Source: Euryarchaeota archaeon UBA58
GTDB lineage: Archaea > Thermoplasmatota > Poseidoniia > Poseidoniales > Thalassarchaeaceae
Direction of reading: 5' to 3'
DNA length: 62,405 nt
Assembly (NCBI GenBank): GCA_002498525.1
Contig: DAHR01000013.1
Location: 131,809 to 194,213, forward strand
This document shows positions 9,001 to 16,676 of the stretch, in pieces; position 1 is the stretch's first letter, and every line of letters starts with the position of its first letter. The position numbers and the translations under genes are program-made. Under the pieces are notes generated by a model. It was given only the letters and a program-made list of their open reading frames with translations, was not told where the DNA came from and made no database searches.

Positions 9001-11224
9001 TGGGTTGATAGTAGCCGAGCGTGCAGGCGATCTGCGCGGTCGCTCCAGTGCTGTAGACGTAATATCCCGCTTGAGCTGGAATGCACGAGGCCTGGCCCGT
9101 CTGATTCTGGTAAGTTCCTATGGCGCACTCCACCTCATTGATTCTGTATTCCGCGTCGACTGCGAACGAGGTCGAACCTATTGGGTTCATCGCGCCCTCG
9201 GTCGATCGCAGGTCGATGACCAGAGTGTAATTCGCGCGTGCTGTTGAACCCGATGAATACAGTACGCGCAGGAAGTAGGTCGCTGTCGTATTGTTGGCTG
9301 CAGCCGTCGAGACCTCGTCATAACTCGTATTGCTGATGCTCGAGGTGATGATGCTGAATGAATCATTGAGCAGGTCGAGATCGAAGTCGGTGACTGATGG
9401 AGAAGTGAGGTTCGCAGTGAAGTAGGAATTCCTGTCCAGAGCGATCTCGTAGACATCGCTCGTATCGGCTGTGCCGTCAGCTGCTGCCGTGTAGTTCGCG
9501 CTCATCGCCGAGAGCGGCAGCGCTGTGCTGCTGCTGTCGCCGGCATCGCCACTGAGGCTGGTGACATAATGGCCGGCGGAAGCGGCGGTGCACGAGGTTT
9601 GACCTATACTCGCTTGGTAAGTTCCGGATGCGCATGGAGTCTGGCTGGTCGCCATGTCGGAGTCGACGGAATTCCCAGCCGATGCGTCGAGACATTCACC
9701 CTGTCCGGTGAAGGGCTGGAAAGTACCGGCGCTGCAGGCGAACTGATTGAGAGAGCCGGCGACCGCGTAATTCCCAGCATCGGCTGCGACGCAGAGCAAG
9801 CGGCCATACTGGCCGATTGGGCAATCTGTCCAACGTGCGGAATTGTCGGGATAATCATCGTCGGCGTCGACTACGCCGTCACCGTCGGAATCGCCCGTCT
9901 GATGGGTGTCGAAGATGTTGCGTGTACCGTCGCCGTCCATGTCCTGGTCGGAATAGGCGACGTGCGCACCAGCATCGAAATCCATCTCGTACGGATTCAA
10001 CTTCGGCTCGGTCGTATTGTCGAATTCGCCCGACTGCGCGCCCCAGCAGCGCAGCGAATCATCGGACAGCAGCGCACAGGTCGAATCACTGCCTGTCGTT
10101 GCTGAAAGGACGGTCAGGCCACTCGTCAGATTGACCGAGAGGGGCGAATCACCCTGACCGGGGAAGATGTTCTCGCCGCTGCAAATCGCATTGATTGTCG
10201 AGCTGCAATTCCCATCACCGAGTTGTCCATTGGTGTTGACTCCCCAGCATTGCATCGAGCCATCGCTGACCACAGCGCAGGTGTGTGAACCGATGCCATC
10301 GAGCATCGTCGCTGTGACACCAGCCCCAAGATCGACGATGTGGACATTGCCCGAGACCGCACCATTGTCGGTCGAGACGGTGTATTTGTCACCCCAGCAT
10401 CCGACCGAGCCATTGTCTAGAATCACACAGGTGCTGCGACCCGGCGTCACCACAGTGACAGCCCGCAAGCCGGTCGAATGATTGGCCACGACCGGCAGCA
10501 GAGAATCGCTCGTCGTGCCGTCGCCCAACTGACCGCGAATGTTGTAGCCCCAGCACTTGACATCACCAGCATGGGTGATCGCGCAGGTGTGGCCGGCACC
10601 GGCCGCCACAGCCACCGCATCGGTGTCCGTACCCAGATCGATTTGAACCGGTGATACCCGATTCGACGTCGAATTATCGCCGATCTGACCATGATGATTG
10701 CGACCCCAGCACCAGAGGCTGGCATCGACGAGAATCGCACAGGAATGGTCGCTGCCGGAATCTACCATCACCGGAACAATGCCGCTGAATGAGACGTAAC
10801 CAGCACTCAGCGATGTCGCGCCAATTCCGAGTTGTCCGTAATTGTTCTGACCGGAGCAATACATCGAATTATTCGACAGAATCACACACGGCTCAGAAGT
10901 CGTCACAACCGAATCATCGGTATAGACAGGACTGCCGTTGACCCACTCGACAGTGGTTCCATTGGCCAGCACCACGATTGGGCCATTCTGGCCGATGTCG
11001 AGGGCCGAATTCGAAAACACCGAGCCGGCCTCGGTTCCGCGCACATTCGGCGTAGCACCGCCGGAGTGCGTGAAAGCATCACTCGCTTCATCATCAAGCA
11101 AACCGGGCCTTTCCGCCGAACCAGCATATTCCACGGAAGAGGCGAGGAATCCAAGCATCGTCACGCCGAAGAAGAGGGCACAGATTCCAAGTGCGATGGT
11201 TGACTTGCGTTGCGCTGAGAGCAT
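6059..11224 (-). CDS. Giant (1721 aa) type-I anchored surface protein: RCC1-like repeats, ephrin-receptor-like Cys repeats, PPC-like module, TSP3-type Ca-binding repeats, TM helix, acidic tail
   Basis: N-terminal signal/anchor ALGICALFFGVTMLGFLA. RCC1 signatures include HSCAIL..LWCWGRNHHGQIGD and HTCAIT..VKCWGYNIRGQLGDGT (nt ~10010-10897). About 20 C-x2-G-[TS]-Y-Q...C...G-[YH]-Y-V units follow. DxDxDGxxDxxD repeats lie at nt ~6745-7205, the TM helix MFHLVIALAVLGMVGFSI follows, and the tail is 201 aa and rich in Glu/Asp. Confidence 0.85.
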   Translation of the reverse strand: MLSAQRKSTIALGICALFFGVTMLGFLASSVEYAGSAERPGLLDDEASDAFTHSGGATPNVRGTEAGSVFSNSALDIGQNGPIVVLANGTTVEWVNGSPVYTDDSVVTTSEPCVILSNNSMYCSGQNNYGQLGIGATSLSAGYVSFSGIVPVMVDSGSDHSCAILVDASLWCWGRNHHGQIGDNSTSNRVSPVQIDLGTDTDAVAVAAGAGHTCAITHAGDVKCWGYNIRGQLGDGTTSDSLLPVVANHSTGLRAVTVVTPGRSTCVILDNGSVGCWGDKYTVSTDNGAVSGNVHIVDLGAGVTATMLDGIGSHTCAVVSDGSMQCWGVNTNGQLGDGNCSSTINAICSGENIFPGQGDSPLSVNLTSGLTVLSATTGSDSTCALLSDDSLRCWGAQSGEFDNTTEPKLNPYEMDFDAGAHVAYSDQDMDGDGTRNIFDTHQTGDSDGDGVVDADDDYPDNSARWTDCPIGQYGRLLCVAADAGNYAVAGSLNQFACSAGTFQPFTGQGECLDASAGNSVDSDMATSQTPCASGTYQASIGQTSCTAASAGHYVTSLSGDAGDSSSTALPLSAMSANYTAAADGTADTSDVYEIALDRNSYFTANLTSPSVTDFDLDLLNDSFSIITSSISNTSYDEVSTAAANNTTATYFLRVLYSSGSTARANYTLVIDLRSTEGAMNPIGSTSFAVDAEYRINEVECAIGTYQNQTGQASCIPAQAGYYVYSTGATAQIACTLGYYQPNTGATTCMVAAIGYYVGSTAATMQTPAAPGYFVNVSGATFQAQCSAGSYQPAYAQTSCFSANAGYYVANPASANQTACELGTYQPYIGQSSCLNAQPGYYVGSTGSTNQTACSVGTYQPYSGQSGCLNAAAGHYVPTTASTQQYECAVGTYQSATGQDKCESASPGYYVNSTASDRQFPCEPGTYQPAIGADSCLIADPGNYVDTQAATAQIACSAGSYNPYAGADNADDCMLADMGYYVPLTGSIAQTPCALGSYAANQGQITCDSASPGYYVNSAASMQQHPCEAGNWQDLAGQISCNVAEPGYYVENGAATAQTPCSAGTYNPNSGSTSPSDCVTAEAGNFVEDAGSSYQTPCPAGTYQPAPASTSCIDADFGYHVPAEGATGQIGCTMGSYQGSRAGTECFEAAPGHYVDTHFASAQKPCLAGTFNPARGSTSANDCIQAQPGNYVANAGSGLQTQCALGTYQPNSGWAWCLTADTGHYVDSMGALVQTLCAPGSYNPNTESVSATACEEADPGYSVESEAAPAQTPCEPGEYQNERGQTACKAADPGYFTNTSAAISQTPAPIDHYIEQTGATEAIPCPNEQMTMLEGTSSLSDCHTDTDRDRIPDFLDRDDDGDGIDDGMDMCDFGVMGWTSTPAIDNDADGCRDADEDDDDDNDGYLDEDDEFPLDPTEWLDTDGDGIGDNADTDDDGDGIPDAEELKLGLNPLIADGDGDGYNDSIDAFPKDSSEWLDTDGDGVGDNSDKFPTIRYYQTYSQAMFHLVIALAVLGMVGFSIKMGRARADGPEDEDAEMMEIGGVSIPVTADATAEVELADRDHDFDSVEEMEIEAAIEPEEAEVEDDEFDSAPSMYDLESSQAEAEPEPETEEIDAGEVEPESETTEDTEVTEELEEETDEPIEEPVEEPAEKSDVGEFDLGALLETAPPPAPLIEAPADAQINEHGQKVWRGADGNVWVQNPDGSLLRHNELTGAWEPFEQ
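7265..9127 (-). repeat. Coding tandem array of ~29-31 aa Cys/Gly/Tyr units (ephrin-receptor-like / GCC2_GCC3-type)
   Basis: Roughly 18 consecutive units such as CSAGSYQPAYAQTSCFSANAGYYVANPASANQTA. Three more units lie upstream at nt ~9545-9817. The units are divergent at the DNA level, so this is not a CRISPR or satellite. Confidence 0.8.
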
Positions 11225-11280
11225 GGGTATTGGCGCCGTTGTGGAGATTATGACTATTCCCTATGCCTGAACGGCTTGCA

Positions 11281-13068
11281 TCATGCGTTTAGCACCTCTA
11301 GAGCCAGTCCAAAGGACTGAACGTCAGATTCGACAAAAGCTTCCTCAACACTCTCGAATGGTTTTGCTGGGTTCTTGCGCGCCGCCTTCGCTCTGGTTGA
11401 GATCAACCTCCATGCGGCCTTCGCTCCGATGCCTGGGATGGCCGCGAGTTGGGCCTGTGTGGCTGTGTTGATCGATAGGTCCGACTCGACCCCCGATATG
11501 CTGCGCATGCCGTGGCCGGTGATGATGATGTCCGAGCCGGTTTCGAGAGGGATCTGGTAGGGTACTCCTACGAGGATTGGGTAGGCTCCGATTTGGCGGC
11601 CGAAAGTGATGCCGGCTTTGCCGTGAATGGCCGGGTTTCGGTATTCCGGGTTGAGGACTTGTTCGGGTCTGCGGATGCGGTCTCCGTGGGCTTCCCACCA
11701 GACCTCGCGCAGGGTCGTTCCGAGTGGGAACATCTCGGTCAGGAGTGGGTGGTCGATCTCTTCTCTGACTTGGCGTTTGAATTCGCGGAATGTGTCTTGC
11801 GGGATGGGCTGGAATCCTTGGCCTTCGACTTGGCGGATGTTGATTCTTCGAAGCCACAGACCTTCGGCGCGCAGGCTTTGGAGGAGTTTGCGGTTGAGTT
11901 CGTAGGATTTCTCAGTCTCACCGTTGAGGCCGGCTATGAAATTGAGGCCGGGAAGGAGTTTCGGGAGGCCTCGCTCGCCTCGCTCGCGGCCGAATTCGTT
12001 GATGTGACGGATCGCTGTTCTCAGTTGCTCGGCGTCGCAGTTGAGCCAGTTCTCCTCGTGCACTGTCGGGTCTGCTGATTCGAGGCCGAAGGAAAGGACT
12101 GCTCCATCGGAGAGTGTTTCGATCATCGTGCGGGTGATCTCGGTTGCCGGTTCGAGATTCTCTGCGACTATCGAGGGATTGCCATTGTCGACATGGAGGA
12201 TTTCGAGGCGTTCGTCTTCACGCAGGCCGTGTAGGACTTTTGCTATCGGTTCGGGGTTCGGGACGGGATATTCGAGTTCCAAAACGCCCTCCGCCTTGTA
12301 GGTGTAGATGTCGGTCGCGCCGCCGATTCTGACATGCCGAACTCCCTCGTCGAGGGCGCTTGTGATCTCAGCGATGACTGCTGCTTCTTCGCGCCATATC
12401 GGTACTCCTTTCTTGGGCTCGATGCAGAACTTGCAGCCGCGCTTGAAGCGCACGCAGCCTTGGTAGAGTTCGACCTCGTAGGTGAGGGGTCCAGCTCGTC
12501 CATCTTCGGTCCGTAGATCAGGGTGTTCGGTCACACATTTTCCTTTTGCACCGGCTGCAGCCCAAGTGTTCCATTGGTCTGCAGTGCGGCGTTTATGAGC
12601 CCACTTTCCGGTGCTGAGGAAATTGTCGAAGGTCGCGTCAGTATCCTGCACGGCGCAGAACAGATTCGAGCGTAAGGGCATCCAACCATCATAGCGCCAA
12701 TGTTTGATCGCCCAGCCGCCGGCAAGGACTGGTTGTTCGCTGGGTAGAACGGCGAGGAACTCGTCGAGTTCGCGGCGTGAAATCGGAGTTCCTCGAACAT
12801 ATTTTCCAGGCACGACAGCACCAGCTAGAACCACCGCTCCATCGAGGTCAGAGAGTTCTCGCTGCAGGGCGGCTCGCTCGCCTGAATCGGCAATACGTGC
12901 TTTGTGTTCAAGCCGCCATCGATCGATGGTCATGTAGGTGTATGGAATCCCTCGCGCTTCCAACACTCCGCAGATGTAGCGGATGTGGAATCCTAGGTAA
13001 TTCGGCACGCCGAAGGCGGCCGGTTCATCCTCGTAACCATCGAGAACGAGCCAGCCTTCCATCTCCAT
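11281..13068 (-). CDS. Radical-SAM-type enzyme with an N-terminal Rossmann/B12-like domain and a C-terminal helix-hairpin-helix
   Basis: Cys cluster GCVRFKRGCKFCIEP (C-x6-C-x2-C, nt 12424-12456) lies in a TIM-barrel-sized core. The C-terminal QLAAIPGIGAKAAWRLI is a helix-hairpin-helix (HhH) motif (nt ~11401-11460). Confidence 0.7.
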   Translation of the reverse strand: MEMEGWLVLDGYEDEPAAFGVPNYLGFHIRYICGVLEARGIPYTYMTIDRWRLEHKARIADSGERAALQRELSDLDGAVVLAGAVVPGKYVRGTPISRRELDEFLAVLPSEQPVLAGGWAIKHWRYDGWMPLRSNLFCAVQDTDATFDNFLSTGKWAHKRRTADQWNTWAAAGAKGKCVTEHPDLRTEDGRAGPLTYEVELYQGCVRFKRGCKFCIEPKKGVPIWREEAAVIAEITSALDEGVRHVRIGGATDIYTYKAEGVLELEYPVPNPEPIAKVLHGLREDERLEILHVDNGNPSIVAENLEPATEITRTMIETLSDGAVLSFGLESADPTVHEENWLNCDAEQLRTAIRHINEFGRERGERGLPKLLPGLNFIAGLNGETEKSYELNRKLLQSLRAEGLWLRRINIRQVEGQGFQPIPQDTFREFKRQVREEIDHPLLTEMFPLGTTLREVWWEAHGDRIRRPEQVLNPEYRNPAIHGKAGITFGRQIGAYPILVGVPYQIPLETGSDIIITGHGMRSISGVESDLSINTATQAQLAAIPGIGAKAAWRLISTRAKAARKNPAKPFESVEEAFVESDVQSFGLALEVLNA

Positions 13069-13132
13069 CCCCCCATACGCGGGCGCGAGCGCCCTCCTTC
13101 ACGACTTCGCTCACGAATTTGTGAGAATTCGC

Positions 13133-14473
13133 TCAGTTCCGACGGCGTCGGCCACCATCGCGACCACCGCGTCCGCCGTGACGATTGCCACCGCGATTGC
13201 CACCACGACCACCACCGCGGCTACCGCCACGTGAATCGTTGGACTCCTGAACGCTGAGTTTGCGACCGTTGACATCGGTGCCGTTGAGTTCCTTGAGTGC
13301 CGCCTCGCCTGCCTTCCGGCTAGCGAATTTGATGAAAGCGAAGCCGCGCGACTTTCCGGTCTCACGGTCGGTGGCGATGCTGACTTCCTTCAATTCACCA
13401 TGAGCGGCGAACAACTCTCGCAGCTCATCTTCTGAGGTTTCGTAGGATAGACTCGCAACGAAGAGTTTGATCCCCATGGTTTCACCAGCCTCGGCTCGAG
13501 CCTTTTTGAGAATCTCTCGCTCGGCAGCAAGCTCCTCACGGCTCGCTTTTCCGTCCTTGACCTTGTTCATGCAGTCTCGGCAGCGGATTGGTTTTCCGGG
13601 TGTCGGCTCGAATGGGACGGTCGTGTCGATTAGGCACAAAGTACACTTGCAAGCGTGTGAAACTCGTGGTTTTCGGTCACCGCCGCGTCCACCGCCGCCG
13701 CCGCGTCCCCCGCCGGTGATTGCTGCACGCATCTTGGCCGCGGCAGCTGGAATATCGTGTGCCATGCCGCGGCGATGGTCGGCCACTGGGGACAGATATG
13801 GTCTGGCTCCCTCGTGGCCGAGTCCCGACTCAGCAGCTGCTGACCAACGCTCGCCGGTCCGATTCAGGCTCTGGACATCCCCACCGAGGGTGTGTCCGTG
13901 ACCGAAGCCATTGGAGAGAACGCGGTAGCCGATGTAGTCGCAGCGAGGGCATTTGACGTTGAAATCGGGTTTTGCCGACGAGGTCTCGAGGTCGACTCCG
14001 CAGGCAGGGCAGATGGCTGACAATACGCCGAGTTCGGGCGCCTCGCGCGTGGTCGCCTTGATGTTCGGCTCGACTTGGGTGATGCGGGCTCTGATGATGT
14101 CGCGCGTGCGCATCGCATCGCCAGGTGAAGGGAGGAATCTGTCGACGATTTGAGTCACGAATAAGTCTGCGAAGAGGTTCAGTGCTGGCAGGTCTCGATG
14201 GCCGCCATCCTTCTCGATGTGAAGCAAACGGACCATCGCAACTTTCGGCATCAATTTTGTGACTTCTGCGATTACGTCATCACCGACCATTGGTAGATTC
14301 GTCTCAACTTGAGTGGTCTCGATGGAGATTGTTCCGCTCGAATCGACGACGGTGCCAGAGACTGTTGCGACGACGCCGGTGCCGGTCTCGTGAACGCCGG
14401 TTCCAAGGCTCGCACCCTCAGGGATTGAGATGGAGTTTCCAGGTGTGACAAAGTCACCAGCAGCAGCACTCAT
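13133..14473 (-). CDS. csl4: Exosome cap subunit Csl4 fused to a CxxC...CxxC zinc knuckle, an RRM domain and an RGG tail
   Basis: Residues 1-190 are Csl4-like: GDFVTPGN N-domain, S1-like core, and PELGVLSAICPACG...VKCPRCDY zinc ribbon. Then come a GGRGGGGGRGG linker, CKCTLC..VPFEPTPGKPIRCRDC, and an RRM with RNP2 LFVASL and RNP1 RGFAFIKF. The C-terminus is SRGGSRGGGRGGNRGGNRHGGRGGRDGGRRRR. Start placed at ATG 14473 (MSAAAGDF). Confidence 0.8.
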   Translation of the reverse strand: MSAAAGDFVTPGNSISIPEGASLGTGVHETGTGVVATVSGTVVDSSGTISIETTQVETNLPMVGDDVIAEVTKLMPKVAMVRLLHIEKDGGHRDLPALNLFADLFVTQIVDRFLPSPGDAMRTRDIIRARITQVEPNIKATTREAPELGVLSAICPACGVDLETSSAKPDFNVKCPRCDYIGYRVLSNGFGHGHTLGGDVQSLNRTGERWSAAAESGLGHEGARPYLSPVADHRRGMAHDIPAAAAKMRAAITGGGRGGGGGRGGDRKPRVSHACKCTLCLIDTTVPFEPTPGKPIRCRDCMNKVKDGKASREELAAEREILKKARAEAGETMGIKLFVASLSYETSEDELRELFAAHGELKEVSIATDRETGKSRGFAFIKFASRKAGEAALKELNGTDVNGRKLSVQESNDSRGGSRGGGRGGNRGGNRHGGRGGRDGGRRRRN

Positions 14474-14569
14474 CGAGCCGCCGACCGGACAACCCCCTAT
14501 GAACGCGACGGCCGTGCGTAGCACGGTCTTGGGCTAGAGTACACAGCGGGCTTGGCAAGAAGTTGCAGT

Positions 14570-15187
14570 TCACTCAGCAGGAGGTGTGAGTCGCCAGAAT
14601 GCGACTCGGGTTCGGCCTTGGCGGCGCGAATGATGAGCATAGGCGGCTGGCAGGGCGAAATCCGCTTCCCAATATCTTTCAACGGCCCAGCCCGATTCTT
14701 CGAAAAATGACTGGATATGAGTCGCAGCGGCGCTGTGCATCAAGTGGCATATCGCACCACTGCGAAGCATCGCCTCGAGAAATGGCCGATCAGCTCTGGC
14801 GCTTTGTGCGCCCCAAGGTGGGTTAGAAATCACAAGGCTTGCACCCGCCACATCGAGGTTCTCATCGACGCTACGACACATCACCTCAACCACTTCGCCC
14901 ACGTCAACTTGCTCGACCGCCTCGAAGGCAGCAGCGCAAGCAGCCTCATCACATTCGATCAGCACTACCGAAGTTGCACCTAGCAGCGCGGCGCCGATTC
15001 CCAGAACTCCATTGCCTGCGCCGAGGTCGGCGACCACTGAATCAGAATCGAGGTCGCCAAAAGCGGCGATCTGTCCCAACCAAGCAGCAGCCATATCGCC
15101 GCTAGTCACATATTGTTCCAACTCGACAATCCCGCACGGATGCTCAGGAAGCGAGGAGAGAGTCATCGCGAGTCTGCGTTGGCGCAC
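14570..15187 (-). CDS. METTL5/COG2263-like SAM-dependent N6-adenine (rRNA) methyltransferase
   Basis: SAM motif VADLGAGNGVLGIG and catalytic SNPPWG. The C-terminal pattern ADRPFLEAML...HLMHS...DFALPAAYAHHSRR resembles the METTL5 family. Confidence 0.75.
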   Translation of the reverse strand: MRQRRLAMTLSSLPEHPCGIVELEQYVTSGDMAAAWLGQIAAFGDLDSDSVVADLGAGNGVLGIGAALLGATSVVLIECDEAACAAAFEAVEQVDVGEVVEVMCRSVDENLDVAGASLVISNPPWGAQSARADRPFLEAMLRSGAICHLMHSAAATHIQSFFEESGWAVERYWEADFALPAAYAHHSRRQGRTRVAFWRLTPPAE

Positions 15188-15360
15188 ATCCCCGCTATGC
15201 GGTCGCGCTATTGGGTTGCTGCCCAGAATTCGAATGACGATTGCGCTTTTCCAGCAAAGAATCAGTCAACAACACCCAGAAACGGCTGGTTCCGAACCGA
15301 TCCGAGCCGCACATCATCGGCTGAGAGTTCAAGAACCCTCGATGTCCACTCAGTTTCACG

Positions 15361-16650
15361 ATGCAGTACGAAATCGTATACTTGATCGTAGGAATTCTCG
15401 CGGGGGCGGCCATCGGCTGGCTCTACGCGAAGCAGAAGACAGATGCCGCCTTGAGTGAGGCGAAGACAGCAATGACGCGCGCACAAGCAACAGCCGAAGC
15501 ACTCGCTGAGGCGCGCGAGGGCGAGGAATCGATGATCCGCGAAATGCGCGAGAGCGAGCAGAAGCGAGTCAACGAATTGCTGAAGGAAGAAATGAAGAAT
15601 ATTGCAACACAAGTCGGCGAGCGGAACACCGCCGAATTTCTCAAGCTCGCCGACCAGAGATTCGCAGTGGGTCAGAAAGAAGCTGAGAAGAGCCTCGAAA
15701 CTCGCAAACTCGAGGTCGAGGCTCTCATCACACCTCTACGCGATGAGATGGTGAAGATGTCAACTGCCAACCAAGCGATGGAGAAGGATCGCGAAGGTGC
15801 TTACCAAGCCATCAAGCGTCAACTGAAGGATCTGGGCGACCAAACCGAGAACCTCGGTGTGAGAACCACCGCTCTCTCGACAGCCCTCACCACCTCTGGT
15901 CAGGCTCGTGGTAATTGGGGCGAGGTGAAACTCCGCCGCCTCTTCGAGATGGCTGGGATGTCCGAACATGTCGACTTCTTTGAACAAGAAACAATCGAAG
16001 GCGGCGGTCGACCGGATTACATCATCCGCATGCCGCAGCAAGGTGTGATTCCAATCGATTCCAAAGCCTCAGGAGCGTCCTTCCTCAAGGCCGTCGAACT
16101 CGATGCTGGAGAAAAGCAAGACGCCCTTCTCGCCGAGCACGCAGTAGCTGTGAAACAACGAATCAAGGAGTTGAGTTCAAAGAGTTACCAAGAGGATATC
16201 GAGGGTGATTTTGACCATGTCGTGATGTTCATTCCGAGCGAAGCCATGGCAGCAGCAGCCTTCAGTATCGACCCAGATTTGATGGATTATGCGATGACGA
16301 AATTCGTTCTCATTGCCACTCCCGTGACGATGCTCGGCTTACTGCGAACTATCGCCCTCTACTGGCAACAACATGCATTGGCAGAGGGTGCGAGTGAGAT
16401 TTACGAAGTCTCCCGGGAGATGTACAAGCGAGTCAATACGCTCATCGAACACCTCTTGAAAGTCGGTGGGCACCTCGATAAGGCTGGCAAGTCCTACAAT
16501 GACGCCATGCGCTCGTACGAGAGCCGAGTTCTACCCCAAGGACGTCGTCTCGACGATCTGCAAGTCTCCGACACTCTGGCGAGTGCACTGCCAGAGCCAA
16601 AAGAGATTGAAGCCTTTCCAAACAAGACTTCCACAGATGGGGAGGAATGA
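15361..16650 (+). CDS. rmuC: RmuC-family DNA recombination/nuclease protein
   Basis: N-terminal TM helix, a long coiled coil, then the RmuC core ARGNWGEVKLRRLFE...RPDYIIRMP...IPIDSK. Confidence 0.85.
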   Translation: MQYEIVYLIVGILAGAAIGWLYAKQKTDAALSEAKTAMTRAQATAEALAEAREGEESMIREMRESEQKRVNELLKEEMKNIATQVGERNTAEFLKLADQRFAVGQKEAEKSLETRKLEVEALITPLRDEMVKMSTANQAMEKDREGAYQAIKRQLKDLGDQTENLGVRTTALSTALTTSGQARGNWGEVKLRRLFEMAGMSEHVDFFEQETIEGGGRPDYIIRMPQQGVIPIDSKASGASFLKAVELDAGEKQDALLAEHAVAVKQRIKELSSKSYQEDIEGDFDHVVMFIPSEAMAAAAFSIDPDLMDYAMTKFVLIATPVTMLGLLRTIALYWQQHALAEGASEIYEVSREMYKRVNTLIEHLLKVGGHLDKAGKSYNDAMRSYESRVLPQGRRLDDLQVSDTLASALPEPKEIEAFPNKTSTDGEE

Positions 16651-16676
16651 AAGGTCTCGCGTAGCGTCGACATCCC

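Noticed and set aside
7265-9127. Periodic DNA that might be taken for a CRISPR array or satellite
   Set aside because: The periodicity (~87-93 nt) is in-frame protein repeats inside a continuous 5.2-kb ORF. The units are divergent at the nucleotide level and have no spacer/repeat structure.
13069-13132. Short inverted repeats (GGGCGC-ga-GCGCCC; CTCAC-gaattt-GTGAG) between the Csl4 fusion and the radical-SAM gene
   Set aside because: The stems are only 5-6 bp with minimal loops, in a GC-rich spacer. This is not distinguishable from chance by eye.
15234-15324. Possible C/D-box sRNA in the methylase/rmuC spacer (ATGACGA ... CTGA)
   Set aside because: The C box has a mismatch to RUGAUGA, and the boxes are ~90 nt apart, which is too long for archaeal C/D sRNAs. 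I found no convincing C'/D' boxes or terminal stem.
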